64,000 bases of DNA from an uncultured delta proteobacterium (GTDB lineage Bacteria; Desulfobacterota; Binatia; UBA9968). Position numbers and translations under genes: made by a program. The stretch is taken from NCBI GenBank assembly GCA_963745835.1, contig CAVUZH010000013.1, forward strand, positions 416,001-480,000, in the 5' to 3' direction. The notes below the pieces were generated by a model, which saw only the letters and a list, made by a program, of their open reading frames with translations, did not search any database and was not told the origin of the DNA. Positions 48,629-57,333 of this stretch are shown piece after piece; position 1 is the stretch's first letter, and each line of letters opens with the position of its first letter.

Positions 48629-50377
48629 TTATCTTAAGGGATCTTTGCAAATAACGTTGAGCATCGCCTGGCGCTTTTCTTCCCCTACGACTTTCAACGC
48701 GCGCTTTAGCGCGCCCGGGAGCGCTTCCGGTTCTTCGACACGCTCGGCGTACGCGCCGCAAGCTTGCGCCGTTAATTCGAACTTTGGCGACGGACTCAAA
48801 TCCGTTCCCGGAAAGTTGCCGGTCTTTTGAGCGATACCGTCAGGAAAGAGTCCGCGCGCAGCGTTGAGGCTCGCATTCCAAGCTTGGTTGTTGTAGACCA
48901 CCGTTAGAAATGGAACGCGATATTTCTGCGCCGTGAAATGACATGCAGTTGGCGCGCAGAACATATAGGAGCCATCTCCTTCTGCTGCAATGACGGTTGC
49001 TTCAGGAGCTCCCAACTTTACACCGATCGCCGCGCCCAGACCCCAACCGAGATGCCCCGCTAGTGGCGTGCCGAATTGAGAACCTGGGCGGTTCAAATGA
49101 ATAACATCGGCAAGTTTCGACGTCACGGTTTCGTTGACAATGATAGTCTTTTCATCGACCACATCACCGATACACTTTGACACCCACAACGGACTGATCG
49201 GCTGTTCATTTTTAACTGCGTCGATGCTGGCTTCGACTTGACGCCACATCGCATGATGCTCGGCTTCTATCCTCTTGCGGCGTTCTTCGAGATGATTCTG
49301 TTTCGTCTTGCTCTTTTGGAGCTTCAATCTAACCATCGAGGTCAGCGCCGGCAACGATATTTCCGAGCAGCCCGTTATCGGCAAGTCGGCAGGGAAGCCC
49401 CAGCCGGGAATGCCGGTGAACAGCGGATCGCGCTCAAGATGGACGATTTTCGCATCGGATCGGATAAAACGCCGGCTTGGCGGTTCCCATGGCACATCGG
49501 TATCGATGAAAAAAAGCACATCGGCTTCTTTGGAATGCTGAATCGTTTGCACTCCGAGGTAGAGCGGATGATCGGTGGGAAAATTGACGTAACTCATTTG
49601 TTGCACCACCGGAATGGCGAGTAGTTCAGCAAGCTCTACGAGTAGCGGCACCGCTTCGGGATTGCGCCCAAGATACTTTGTCACGATCAGCGGACGTTCC
49701 GCGGCTATGAGAAGTCCAGCGGCCTGCTCTAACGCGGCATCATCAGCCTGCATTTTGGTGGAGGGCACCAAAGAATCCGATGACAACTCCGTCGACTCCA
49801 ACGCTTCGCACAGCCATTCCCGGGGCAAGGTTAAATAGACCGGACCGCGCGGCTCGCTCATCGCGATCTTAAAAGCGCGCGATACCACGGCGGCGAGGTT
49901 CTGATTGGTTCTCACCTCGTAATCCCATTTGACGAACTCGCGCACGATGTTTCCTTGATCGCGCGACTCCTGCCGCCAATGAATATTCTGGCTTTTGCCA
50001 CCGCGCAGCTCTCCTTCGGTGATCGGTGTTCTGCCCGCCACCAGCAACACCGGAACGTTTGCCGACTGAGCATTGATGATCCCGCCTAGGGCATTGGCGG
50101 TCCCCGGCAACGTATGCACCAAAACCATTTGCGGCTTCTGCGTGACGTTGTAATAACCATGCGCCATGGAGACCGCAGCCAACTCGTGCGGGACGACGAT
50201 GGGCTGAAGATCGTTAGGATCTTCGGTCGCGGTTTTTGCCAGAGCTTCTATGATCGGGCCATGATCAGTTCCGGTGTTGGCGAAGAGATAGCGGACCACC
50301 CCAAGCGCGCGCACGTGCGCCAGGAACGCCTCAGCCCCGGTGGACACCGGCATTGACTTTACTTTGTCTTTACTCAT
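48629..50377 (-). CDS. thiamine-diphosphate-dependent enzyme (acetolactate synthase/benzoylformate decarboxylase-like)
   Basis: PHELAAVSMAHGY, GPVY, GDGS…NN ThDP-binding motif. Confidence 0.88.
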   Translation of the reverse strand: MSKDKVKSMPVSTGAEAFLAHVRALGVVRYLFANTGTDHGPIIEALAKTATEDPNDLQPIVVPHELAAVSMAHGYYNVTQKPQMVLVHTLPGTANALGGIINAQSANVPVLLVAGRTPITEGELRGGKSQNIHWRQESRDQGNIVREFVKWDYEVRTNQNLAAVVSRAFKIAMSEPRGPVYLTLPREWLCEALESTELSSDSLVPSTKMQADDAALEQAAGLLIAAERPLIVTKYLGRNPEAVPLLVELAELLAIPVVQQMSYVNFPTDHPLYLGVQTIQHSKEADVLFFIDTDVPWEPPSRRFIRSDAKIVHLERDPLFTGIPGWGFPADLPITGCSEISLPALTSMVRLKLQKSKTKQNHLEERRKRIEAEHHAMWRQVEASIDAVKNEQPISPLWVSKCIGDVVDEKTIIVNETVTSKLADVIHLNRPGSQFGTPLAGHLGWGLGAAIGVKLGAPEATVIAAEGDGSYMFCAPTACHFTAQKYRVPFLTVVYNNQAWNASLNAARGLFPDGIAQKTGNFPGTDLSPSPKFELTAQACGAYAERVEEPEALPGALKRALKVVGEEKRQAMLNVICKDPLR

Positions 50378-50633
50378 GAGTAATTTTTCCTTCCCCAAGT
50401 ATCGGCGGACAGGCCCGCCGGTGAATCGATAACTCAGAAAACTCTAGCATTCATGCTTGGCTGTCCGGCAGATTACATGGGATGTTTGGAGAGCGTCAAG
50501 TACGCAGCCCCGTCCCGCGCAACTCGCGCTCCACGCTGCGCCAACGAACTTGACAAACTTTTCATAAATGAAAGATTAAAATGATCCATTCAGGATGGAT
50601 CGCACTCTCAAACAGTGATCAGGAGGAAGGACA

Positions 50634-50870
50634 ATGGAGACGTGGAGACCGGAAGAGATCGGTGCCACTGCAGGAAAGGTATGGAACTTTTTGCATAGTC
50701 GCGGTGAATCAAGCTTAAGCGCGGTAGAACGCGGAGTGGGCGCGCCGAAACAGCTGGTATGCATGGCCGTTGGTTGGCTTGCGCGGGAAGGAAAAGTTGC
50801 GCTACGGCAGGAAAAACGCTCGTTGCAACTGTGTCTGACCGACGGCGAGCAAAATTCTCGCATGCAGTAA
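50634..50870 (+). CDS. small winged-helix protein (DUF2582-like)
   Basis: IGATAGKVW…MAVGWLAREGK motif; GGAGGAAGG RBS. Confidence 0.8.
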   Translation: METWRPEEIGATAGKVWNFLHSRGESSLSAVERGVGAPKQLVCMAVGWLAREGKVALRQEKRSLQLCLTDGEQNSRMQ

Positions 50871-50995
50871 CAATGGCGACGGAGTGTCGCGCGTTCACGC
50901 CCGTAAAGACGCATAAACGAAAATAATTTTCTCAACAAACAAGCAAGAGCGTTGGAAGCTAAGGCTTCGCATTCATTCTGAGTTAACCTCGGCCT

Positions 50996-52132
50996 TTAAA
51001 ACTTCACCTTGCCTGCATACCCGGTCATTTCGACATAGCCTGATCCGGCGATGGGTTTGTTTCGGAGCGTTCCTTTAACTTGCACAGCGCCCTCCCAGTA
51101 AGTAACCCGCGTGCTTCTATTCGTGATCAGTTCTTGTTCCGCGAAGTGCGGAGCGATTTCTAAGTCGATTTGCTCACCAGGGATGATCACTTTCCATTTT
51201 ATAGGATACTCAGCAGCACTCGTGGGACTTTGCCAACGCGCGAGGACATCTATTCGATAGTCCTTCAGCGCCAGGTGCCGGGTTGTACCATCGGCATAAA
51301 CAACCGTTCCATGTGAGTACGGATCGACGGAGCCATCCTTCCGGCGCATGAGATAAAGCATAATTTCGCTTCGATTCTCGAGCTGAATACTAAACCAGTC
51401 CCAGCCGAGCTGATCTTCGCCGAGCTGGTTGCTGCCAAACTCGTGATCCATCCAAGTCAAACCGCGAACCTTCTCCCGTTTGCCGCCGACTATGAGTTCT
51501 CCTTCTGCCTGCATTCGGGTCAACGAATAATAATATGAGGCCCGGCCTTCCCCCTGGCCTTTTTGGCTGTATCCATTTTGACCATGCAGTACCGGTGGCT
51601 TGAGCGACTTTAGCTCCAGCTGGAGTTCGGTGCCGCGGTCGTTCACCGAAATTTTGTGGTTATCTCGATCGCCTTCCACAGACCAGTCTTCGTTCCAAAC
51701 AAAGAACCGGTCGGTCTTGGCGCCAGCCTTGTCGCCAATGCCGCGATTGATGCGCTCGCGAAAAAGAAAATTCTTGCCCGAGATGTTCGATAGAGCGAAA
51801 TGCGCCATGTACAATTCAGTAAACAGCGGAGTCTCTTTGATATTGGACTGTCGATCCCGGACGCCGAATCGGAAGAATGTGACTTGATATCCGAAGCGCT
51901 GACCGCTTTCCGCTTGAAGGTGACCGGTGTAGTACCACCATTCGGTTTTGAAATCAGGATGTGAATAGTGATCAGCGGGAAATGACAGGGTTCTGCCGGG
52001 GAGCGCGAGTTGATAACTGAAAGTGGAAGGAGTCTTTTCACTCTGAGCCCGGCCTTTTACCGGAGGAGAGAGGGTAAAAACGAGAAGCAGGATTAGAAAC
52101 CCTATCTGATGGAGAATTCTTTTGGCTTTCAT
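50996..52132 (-). CDS. exported lipocalin-like AttH/CrtC-family protein
   Basis: Signal peptide, FPADH…EWWYYTG, SYYYS, WMDHE, GWDWF, YWEG, GYVEMTGY. Confidence 0.85.
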   Translation of the reverse strand: MKAKRILHQIGFLILLLVFTLSPPVKGRAQSEKTPSTFSYQLALPGRTLSFPADHYSHPDFKTEWWYYTGHLQAESGQRFGYQVTFFRFGVRDRQSNIKETPLFTELYMAHFALSNISGKNFLFRERINRGIGDKAGAKTDRFFVWNEDWSVEGDRDNHKISVNDRGTELQLELKSLKPPVLHGQNGYSQKGQGEGRASYYYSLTRMQAEGELIVGGKREKVRGLTWMDHEFGSNQLGEDQLGWDWFSIQLENRSEIMLYLMRRKDGSVDPYSHGTVVYADGTTRHLALKDYRIDVLARWQSPTSAAEYPIKWKVIIPGEQIDLEIAPHFAEQELITNRSTRVTYWEGAVQVKGTLRNKPIAGSGYVEMTGYAGKVKF

Positions 52133-52181
52133 ATCGTTTCAATAATTGCGGATTCTTTTCGACTAATGCTATAGGGAGAGT

Positions 52182-53015
52182 ATGGAAAAACAATACACAC
52201 GAGAAACGCTCCTGATAACTGCCGAGGCGCTAAAGGGTAAGTCGGGTTCTGAGGATCTTTGTTTGATCGATGTGCGGCCGGCCGAGGATTTTGCTCAGGG
52301 CCACATACCGGGCGCGGTTCATTTTGATTTGTTCGGGCTCAGTCTCATCGATACGACTGAGGCGCCGCTGAAAGCTTTTATGCACATGATCCATCACGTA
52401 CTGGAACTGCGCGGCGTTAGCGAAAACAAAGAAGTGGTCGTCTATGAGAATAACTCGGGGATGCGCGCCGCGCGGGCGCTCTGGTTCCTGGACTACTTCG
52501 GCCATCCCAATGCGCGCATGCTCGACGGCGGCATCCAGGCGTGGAAAGCGGCGGGGTTTGCGACGACCACGGAAGTAACTTCCCCCAAAGGTGCCGGTTT
52601 CAAAATCAGCGAGCACCGCGAAGTTCTAGCTACCGCTGACGACGTCCTTCAATCGCTCAACAAAAAGGATGTTTCAATCCTTGACACCCGAAGCCGCGCC
52701 GAATACGTCGGCGCGCAAATTCGAGCGGCCCGAGGCGGAGCCATCCCTGGCGCGATTCATATCGAATGGACCGATAACCTGGACGCCAGCGGCAAATTCA
52801 AACCTGATGCCGAGCTGAAAGCCATGTACAGCCGGGCTGGCATAACGGCGGACAAAGAAGTGATCTCATACTGCCAAGGGGGCTACCGGGCCGCGCATAG
52901 TTACGTTGCGCTCCGCTTAATCGGCTTTCCGAAAATTCGCAACTACATCGGTTCCTGGAAGGAATGGGGTGACCGCTCCGATCTTCCGATCGATCAGCCG
53001 TCCGGGCAGAAGTAA
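52182..53015 (+). CDS. tandem-rhodanese sulfurtransferase
   Basis: GHIPGA, LDGG, active-site YCQGGYRA, YIGSWKEW. Confidence 0.9.
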   Translation: MEKQYTRETLLITAEALKGKSGSEDLCLIDVRPAEDFAQGHIPGAVHFDLFGLSLIDTTEAPLKAFMHMIHHVLELRGVSENKEVVVYENNSGMRAARALWFLDYFGHPNARMLDGGIQAWKAAGFATTTEVTSPKGAGFKISEHREVLATADDVLQSLNKKDVSILDTRSRAEYVGAQIRAARGGAIPGAIHIEWTDNLDASGKFKPDAELKAMYSRAGITADKEVISYCQGGYRAAHSYVALRLIGFPKIRNYIGSWKEWGDRSDLPIDQPSGQK

Positions 53016-53109
53016 ATAAAATTAACTAAGTTGCAGGAGGTCTATCAATCCGACAGGGATGCAAAATTTGCGTACCAAGCGGGATAAGCGTGACCGCTAG
53101 TGCGACTTT

Positions 53110-54096
53110 TCACTGATAGGCTACTGATTGTGGTATTTCCCAATAGTACAACGTGTGCACGTCGCCCGCTCCATCACGATAGGATTCGGTAATCTTCGGC
53201 GGCCAATTGCCCATGTCGAAAGTGTACGAAACGACGCGCGCGCCGGGCTGAAGTTGGCGCATTAGAATCGGCTTGAGCGCTTGATTGCCGTCATGAGAGA
53301 GATACAAGGTCACTATGCTGGCTAACGCCAAATCGGCCGTCATGAAATTCTGATGGCGGACTTCCACCAGCTGCTCTAGATTTTCTTGCTTGATCTTCTC
53401 ACGGGCCATTTTTACCAAGCCCGGATCCACCTCAAAACCTACTGCTTTGATTCGATATTTTTTTGCTGCGGCGATCAACACCCGGCCATCGCCGGAGCCA
53501 AGATCATATAGGAGATCGCCAGCTTTTATCCCGGCGAGCGCTAACAGCCGGTCCACAACTTCGTACGGCGTGGGATCGAAAGGCGCCAGTTGTTCGGGAA
53601 GCGTTCTTACAGAAGGTCGCTCCAACAATGGGGCGGGAGCAAAATCCTCTCCCGGAAGACTGGGCACAACCGAGGTAGTCCGTGAATCAGATGAGCTCGG
53701 AACCTCGATGATTGACACTCCGGGGTGGTAGGAGCGGTATGCGTATGGACCAAACCATGGAACATACGGATAGGGGTGATAATAAATAAACGGCGGGTAA
53801 AATCGTTTGGCAACTACTCGCCCCGGCAAGATAAACCGGACCAACGGTGGGCGCCCAAAGTGAGCGCCACCGACACCCGGACTCGGAATAAAAACCCGAT
53901 GCCCCGTGAGTGAACCATCGAGCCGGCCCAATCTCGGCCTTACGGCGGAAGTGGCTCCGGATCTAACAAAACCGCTGAAGCCGCGGCCAGCCCCACGATT
54001 GCCGCGGATGCCTTGGCTCCAAGCCTGATCCGGGGTCAATAAGAATACAGCGAGAATAAACGCCACAACGTGCATTCTGTTGAATCTTAGGAGCAC
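53110..54096 (-). CDS. class I SAM-dependent methyltransferase with signal peptide and low-complexity N-terminus
   Basis: PFDPTP, YDLGSGDGR, VTLYL, GARVVS. Confidence 0.8.
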   Translation of the reverse strand: MLLRFNRMHVVAFILAVFLLTPDQAWSQGIRGNRGAGRGFSGFVRSGATSAVRPRLGRLDGSLTGHRVFIPSPGVGGAHFGRPPLVRFILPGRVVAKRFYPPFIYYHPYPYVPWFGPYAYRSYHPGVSIIEVPSSSDSRTTSVVPSLPGEDFAPAPLLERPSVRTLPEQLAPFDPTPYEVVDRLLALAGIKAGDLLYDLGSGDGRVLIAAAKKYRIKAVGFEVDPGLVKMAREKIKQENLEQLVEVRHQNFMTADLALASIVTLYLSHDGNQALKPILMRQLQPGARVVSYTFDMGNWPPKITESYRDGAGDVHTLYYWEIPQSVAYQ

Positions 54097-54205
54097 TCAT
54101 TAGCGTAAGTCAACTAGCTCAACAGGCGGCGGGTTTGGTCCATAAATCCGAATAGATTTTTCGCGACCCGCGCCTTAACCTCGAGGTATAGAGGCGGTGC
54201 TATCC

Positions 54206-55081
54206 CTAGTTCGTTCGAGTAACGAGTATCGCATCATCTAAACGAACATAGCCTGGCGGTCTTCCCTGCTTGGAACGAACTTCGAGCCAATTTCCTACCG
54301 CGCGCACCACCGTGATCTTTGTACCCTTATCGATCTCTGTGACCCTGCGGGCTGTGGTCGAAGGCTCTTCGCGCACTGTCGTAGCCCGGATGACCTCATA
54401 AAGCCCCGGCTCAGCAGAACGGCGGGCCGGCGGCGTCTGCGAAGGCGGGGTTTTGGCCGAATGCGCCGATGATACCGGCGGTGTCGGCGGGCGCTTTGCT
54501 GCTATACGGGCCGTTTCCCGTGTCGCGGCGGTTAATCGCTGCTGAGTCGCGGACAGTTCCTTTTGGTTTTCTTGAAGTTTTGCCGTGAGCGACGTCAGCT
54601 CGTTTTTGTTTTTATCTAGTTCTTGGCGGAGCTGTTTCAGTTCTCCTTCAAGTATCCTGATTTTTTCCTCGCGTTCTTGCACCTGCTTAGAGTTGGCATT
54701 TTCCAGCTGGCGAGTATCGTGTCTTTGCCGATATCCGGCAATCAAAAACACACCGAAACCAAGCCCGATCATCAAACTCGCGGCCAGTGTCGCGATCGCG
54801 GGTTTCCTCCAAGACCGGTTACCAGGCTGGTCACCGCCACGAGCGGGTTGGCCAGGCATCTCATCGCGTCTGGGCCATTGAGGTCGTTCCTCCTTGCTTC
54901 CAAACTCCGCCTTGCAATAGGGACATTTGACAGCATTCTCCTCAATGCTGTTGGCGCAGTGCGGGCAAAGACGTGCGCGGCTCATGTTTGCCATCACCAG
55001 TGCTCTGCCATCCTTGGTGCAGAAACTGATGTTGTCATCATATTCAACGGAACAATTGGGGCAGCGTTTCATGCCAGACAT
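54206..55081 (-). CDS. zinc-ribbon / TM / coiled-coil / SH3b membrane protein
   Basis: CPNC…CTKDG and CPHC…CPYC, one TM, long coiled coil, Pro-rich linker, VREEP…WLEV…GYV SH3-like C-terminus. Confidence 0.7.
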   Translation of the reverse strand: MSGMKRCPNCSVEYDDNISFCTKDGRALVMANMSRARLCPHCANSIEENAVKCPYCKAEFGSKEERPQWPRRDEMPGQPARGGDQPGNRSWRKPAIATLAASLMIGLGFGVFLIAGYRQRHDTRQLENANSKQVQEREEKIRILEGELKQLRQELDKNKNELTSLTAKLQENQKELSATQQRLTAATRETARIAAKRPPTPPVSSAHSAKTPPSQTPPARRSAEPGLYEVIRATTVREEPSTTARRVTEIDKGTKITVVRAVGNWLEVRSKQGRPPGYVRLDDAILVTRTN

Positions 55082-55242
55082 TGTTAGATGATTAATCTTG
55101 CGGGTCAAGAGAAAGCATGCTGGCGGGTGCTTGCCGCGAGCCTCAGCATTAGAGTTCTTACTCTGTACGGCCATCAGAGATAGCCATTGTTTGTTGCCGA
55201 GATCCTAGCCTTGCGCTATAGAACGTTGGACAAACTCTGGGA

Positions 55243-55365
55243 CAGCTGCTCAAAAGACCTCAGCGGCAACGCGCGCGAAGTTTGATGAGCTGAGGTGTAC
55301 GCTTCAGTACATCCAAGCGAGGCGGGCGCAGCGCAACGAAGCATATGAGGTTTTTCAGCAGCCTG
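55243..55365. repeat. MITE-like repeat, copy 3
   Basis: CAGCTGCTCAAAAGACC…GCGCGCGAAG…GTACGCTTCAGTAC…CAACGAAGCATATGAGGTTTTTCAGCAGCCTG. Confidence 0.75.
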
Positions 55366-55381
55366 ATAGAACGCATGGAGG

Positions 55382-56332
55382 ATGACGACGAATATGGCCT
55401 TACTCATCGGTGAACCACAAAGCAAAAAGCTCATCAATATGGCGCGGGCGGTCGATCTTCTCGATAAAATGTTTCGAGATCGGGCGGCCGGCAAGCTACG
55501 CGGTTTGCCACGCCGCCGGCTCAAGGGAAACGAGAAGCAAATTAACATCATGGCTGCCTGGCATCAGGGTTACGACCTATTTTGCTTGCGCGCCTACATC
55601 GCTCAAGCAAACACAGTCACGCTCTATAATGGCAAGAACGGGCAAATCCAGGCAATCATCAATATGGGCTATCTCAGCAGCCTGCGGACCGGCGCCGCTA
55701 CGGGCGTCGCCGCCAAGTATCTGGCGCCGCCGAATGCTACTACGTTGGGAGTTATCGGGCCGGGCTGGCAAGCCACTTTCCAGGTGGAAGCAGTTGCACA
55801 CGCGTGTCGGATCGAACGGATCGTGGTCTTCGGAAGGACTCCCAAGCGGCGCAAACAATTCATCAGACAAATGAGCCAAATAGTTAAGGCGGACTGGCGC
55901 GAGGCATCCTCTGTTGAAGAGGTTGAAGACGAGTCGGATATCATTGTCGTCTCGACCAACTCCACCACTCCGGTTGCCGACGGCAAGAACCTTAAAGCGG
56001 AGTCGCTGGTTGCATCCATCGGTGCAAACGGAGCCTTCAAGCACGAAGTCTCGGGCAACTTGATTCGGCAAATGGATCTCATCGTTGCCGATGACGTGGC
56101 CGCTGCGAGAGTGGACAGCGGTGATTTGATCGATGCTTGTCAGTCCGGCATCGCCCGTTGGGAGGATGTCGTCCCTCTGGAAAGATTTGTCGGTAGCGGC
56201 GCTCCGCAACCGCGGCCCAAGAGAATCTTTTTTCAATCCAACGGTATCGCTGATGAGGATCTCGCAGTGGGGCGCTACGTGCTGGAGCAGGCGAAGCGAA
56301 AACTGAAGCTTCGCCAGATCACAGAGATATAG
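55382..56332 (+). CDS. ornithine cyclodeaminase/mu-crystallin family protein
   Basis: LRTGAATGVAAKYLA, IGPGWQA, SIGAN, SNGIADED. Confidence 0.88.
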   Translation: MTTNMALLIGEPQSKKLINMARAVDLLDKMFRDRAAGKLRGLPRRRLKGNEKQINIMAAWHQGYDLFCLRAYIAQANTVTLYNGKNGQIQAIINMGYLSSLRTGAATGVAAKYLAPPNATTLGVIGPGWQATFQVEAVAHACRIERIVVFGRTPKRRKQFIRQMSQIVKADWREASSVEEVEDESDIIVVSTNSTTPVADGKNLKAESLVASIGANGAFKHEVSGNLIRQMDLIVADDVAAARVDSGDLIDACQSGIARWEDVVPLERFVGSGAPQPRPKRIFFQSNGIADEDLAVGRYVLEQAKRKLKLRQITEI

Positions 56333-56478
56333 CTTGCTTAAGCCGCTGCAGATAGGCCGCGGCGTTAGCACCAGCTTCGAAGGCAATTGCGAATTGGTCG
56401 GATCAGATCATTAGCCGCCGCGGTCTCGCTAGACGGCTCAGCTGCATTTAGTCCCGTTGCCAACGCCTTGTATTTGCT

Positions 56479-57204
56479 CTAGGGTTTCTGGAAGGCCAGT
56501 ACGAAGCGATCGCTCAGATTTCGCTCTTTGTTTACGTTGAAGTCCCGTTTATCTTCCGGCCGGCTAAGCATCGTCCCTTCTTTTGCCAGCTTGAATCCTG
56601 AACCGGTTACTTCCTTGATGACCCACAGTCTATCGATGCGATGAAGCGTTTTCACCGCCTCGTTGCCGCTTCCTTCTTTGGCTGAGTGATCGACGATACC
56701 ATAAACACCGCCTCGCTTCAGAGCGCCAAGAATTCTTTTGTTCATCGCGATACGCACTTCGGGAGAGAGATCGTGATAATTCAAATGTATCAAGGCGAAA
56801 TCCAGCGAGCCGTCCTGCGGCAAGCCCAGTTTATCCAACGGGCCTTCGACTAACCGCACGTTGGCGAATTTCGGATTTTTCATGCGTTCAGTCAGTTCCG
56901 GCCGAGGTGCCGGAACCACAGAGTAGACCATTCCCTGGGGGCCCACCACCTGAGATAGGATGGCCGTGTAATAGCCGCGCGCGGCAAAGATATCGGCGAC
57001 TTTATCGCCGCTTTTAACGCCATAAAACGCGAGCACCTCTTTTGGTTTGCGGGTCGAGTCCAAGGCCTTTTCAGTATCCGGCCTTTCTTTATCGGCGAGG
57101 ATGGATGAAAAATCCTGTTGCGGCTGCGTTGTCGAGCAGCCGCCGACGGCGATGATTGATATTAGGACGAGAAGAAAAACTCGCTGCGAGAACACGTTGA
57201 GCAT
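56479..57204 (-). CDS. putative lipoprotein methyltransferase (COG4798-like)
   Basis: Lipobox VGG|C, RKPKEVLAF, VADIFAARGYYT, NYHD, VDH, LHRI, DRF. Confidence 0.75.
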   Translation of the reverse strand: MLNVFSQRVFLLVLISIIAVGGCSTTQPQQDFSSILADKERPDTEKALDSTRKPKEVLAFYGVKSGDKVADIFAARGYYTAILSQVVGPQGMVYSVVPAPRPELTERMKNPKFANVRLVEGPLDKLGLPQDGSLDFALIHLNYHDLSPEVRIAMNKRILGALKRGGVYGIVDHSAKEGSGNEAVKTLHRIDRLWVIKEVTGSGFKLAKEGTMLSRPEDKRDFNVNKERNLSDRFVLAFQKP

Positions 57205-57333
57205 AACTCCCCCTTGCTTTTAAACAGTTGGCCTCATTGTGTCGACTGCAATGATTCTATGGTTTACCGATAGCCCCACGCCTAAGCTAAACCAGAGCAA
57301 ATCTCGCCTGGCACACCGATCGTGTCGTAACAG

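Noticed and set aside
17260-52132. Carotenoid biosynthesis cluster (crtI-like and crtC-like genes)
   Set aside because: No crtB or crtE, the genes are 30 kb apart, and both families have many non-carotenoid members.
29558-55365. CRISPR array or riboswitch interpretation of the repeats
   Set aside because: Copies are dispersed, about 120 bp, lack spacers and cas genes, and one lies at a 3' end; no known riboswitch consensus was recognised.
55577-56386. 269-aa minus-strand ORF
   Set aside because: Antisense shadow of the ornithine cyclodeaminase gene.
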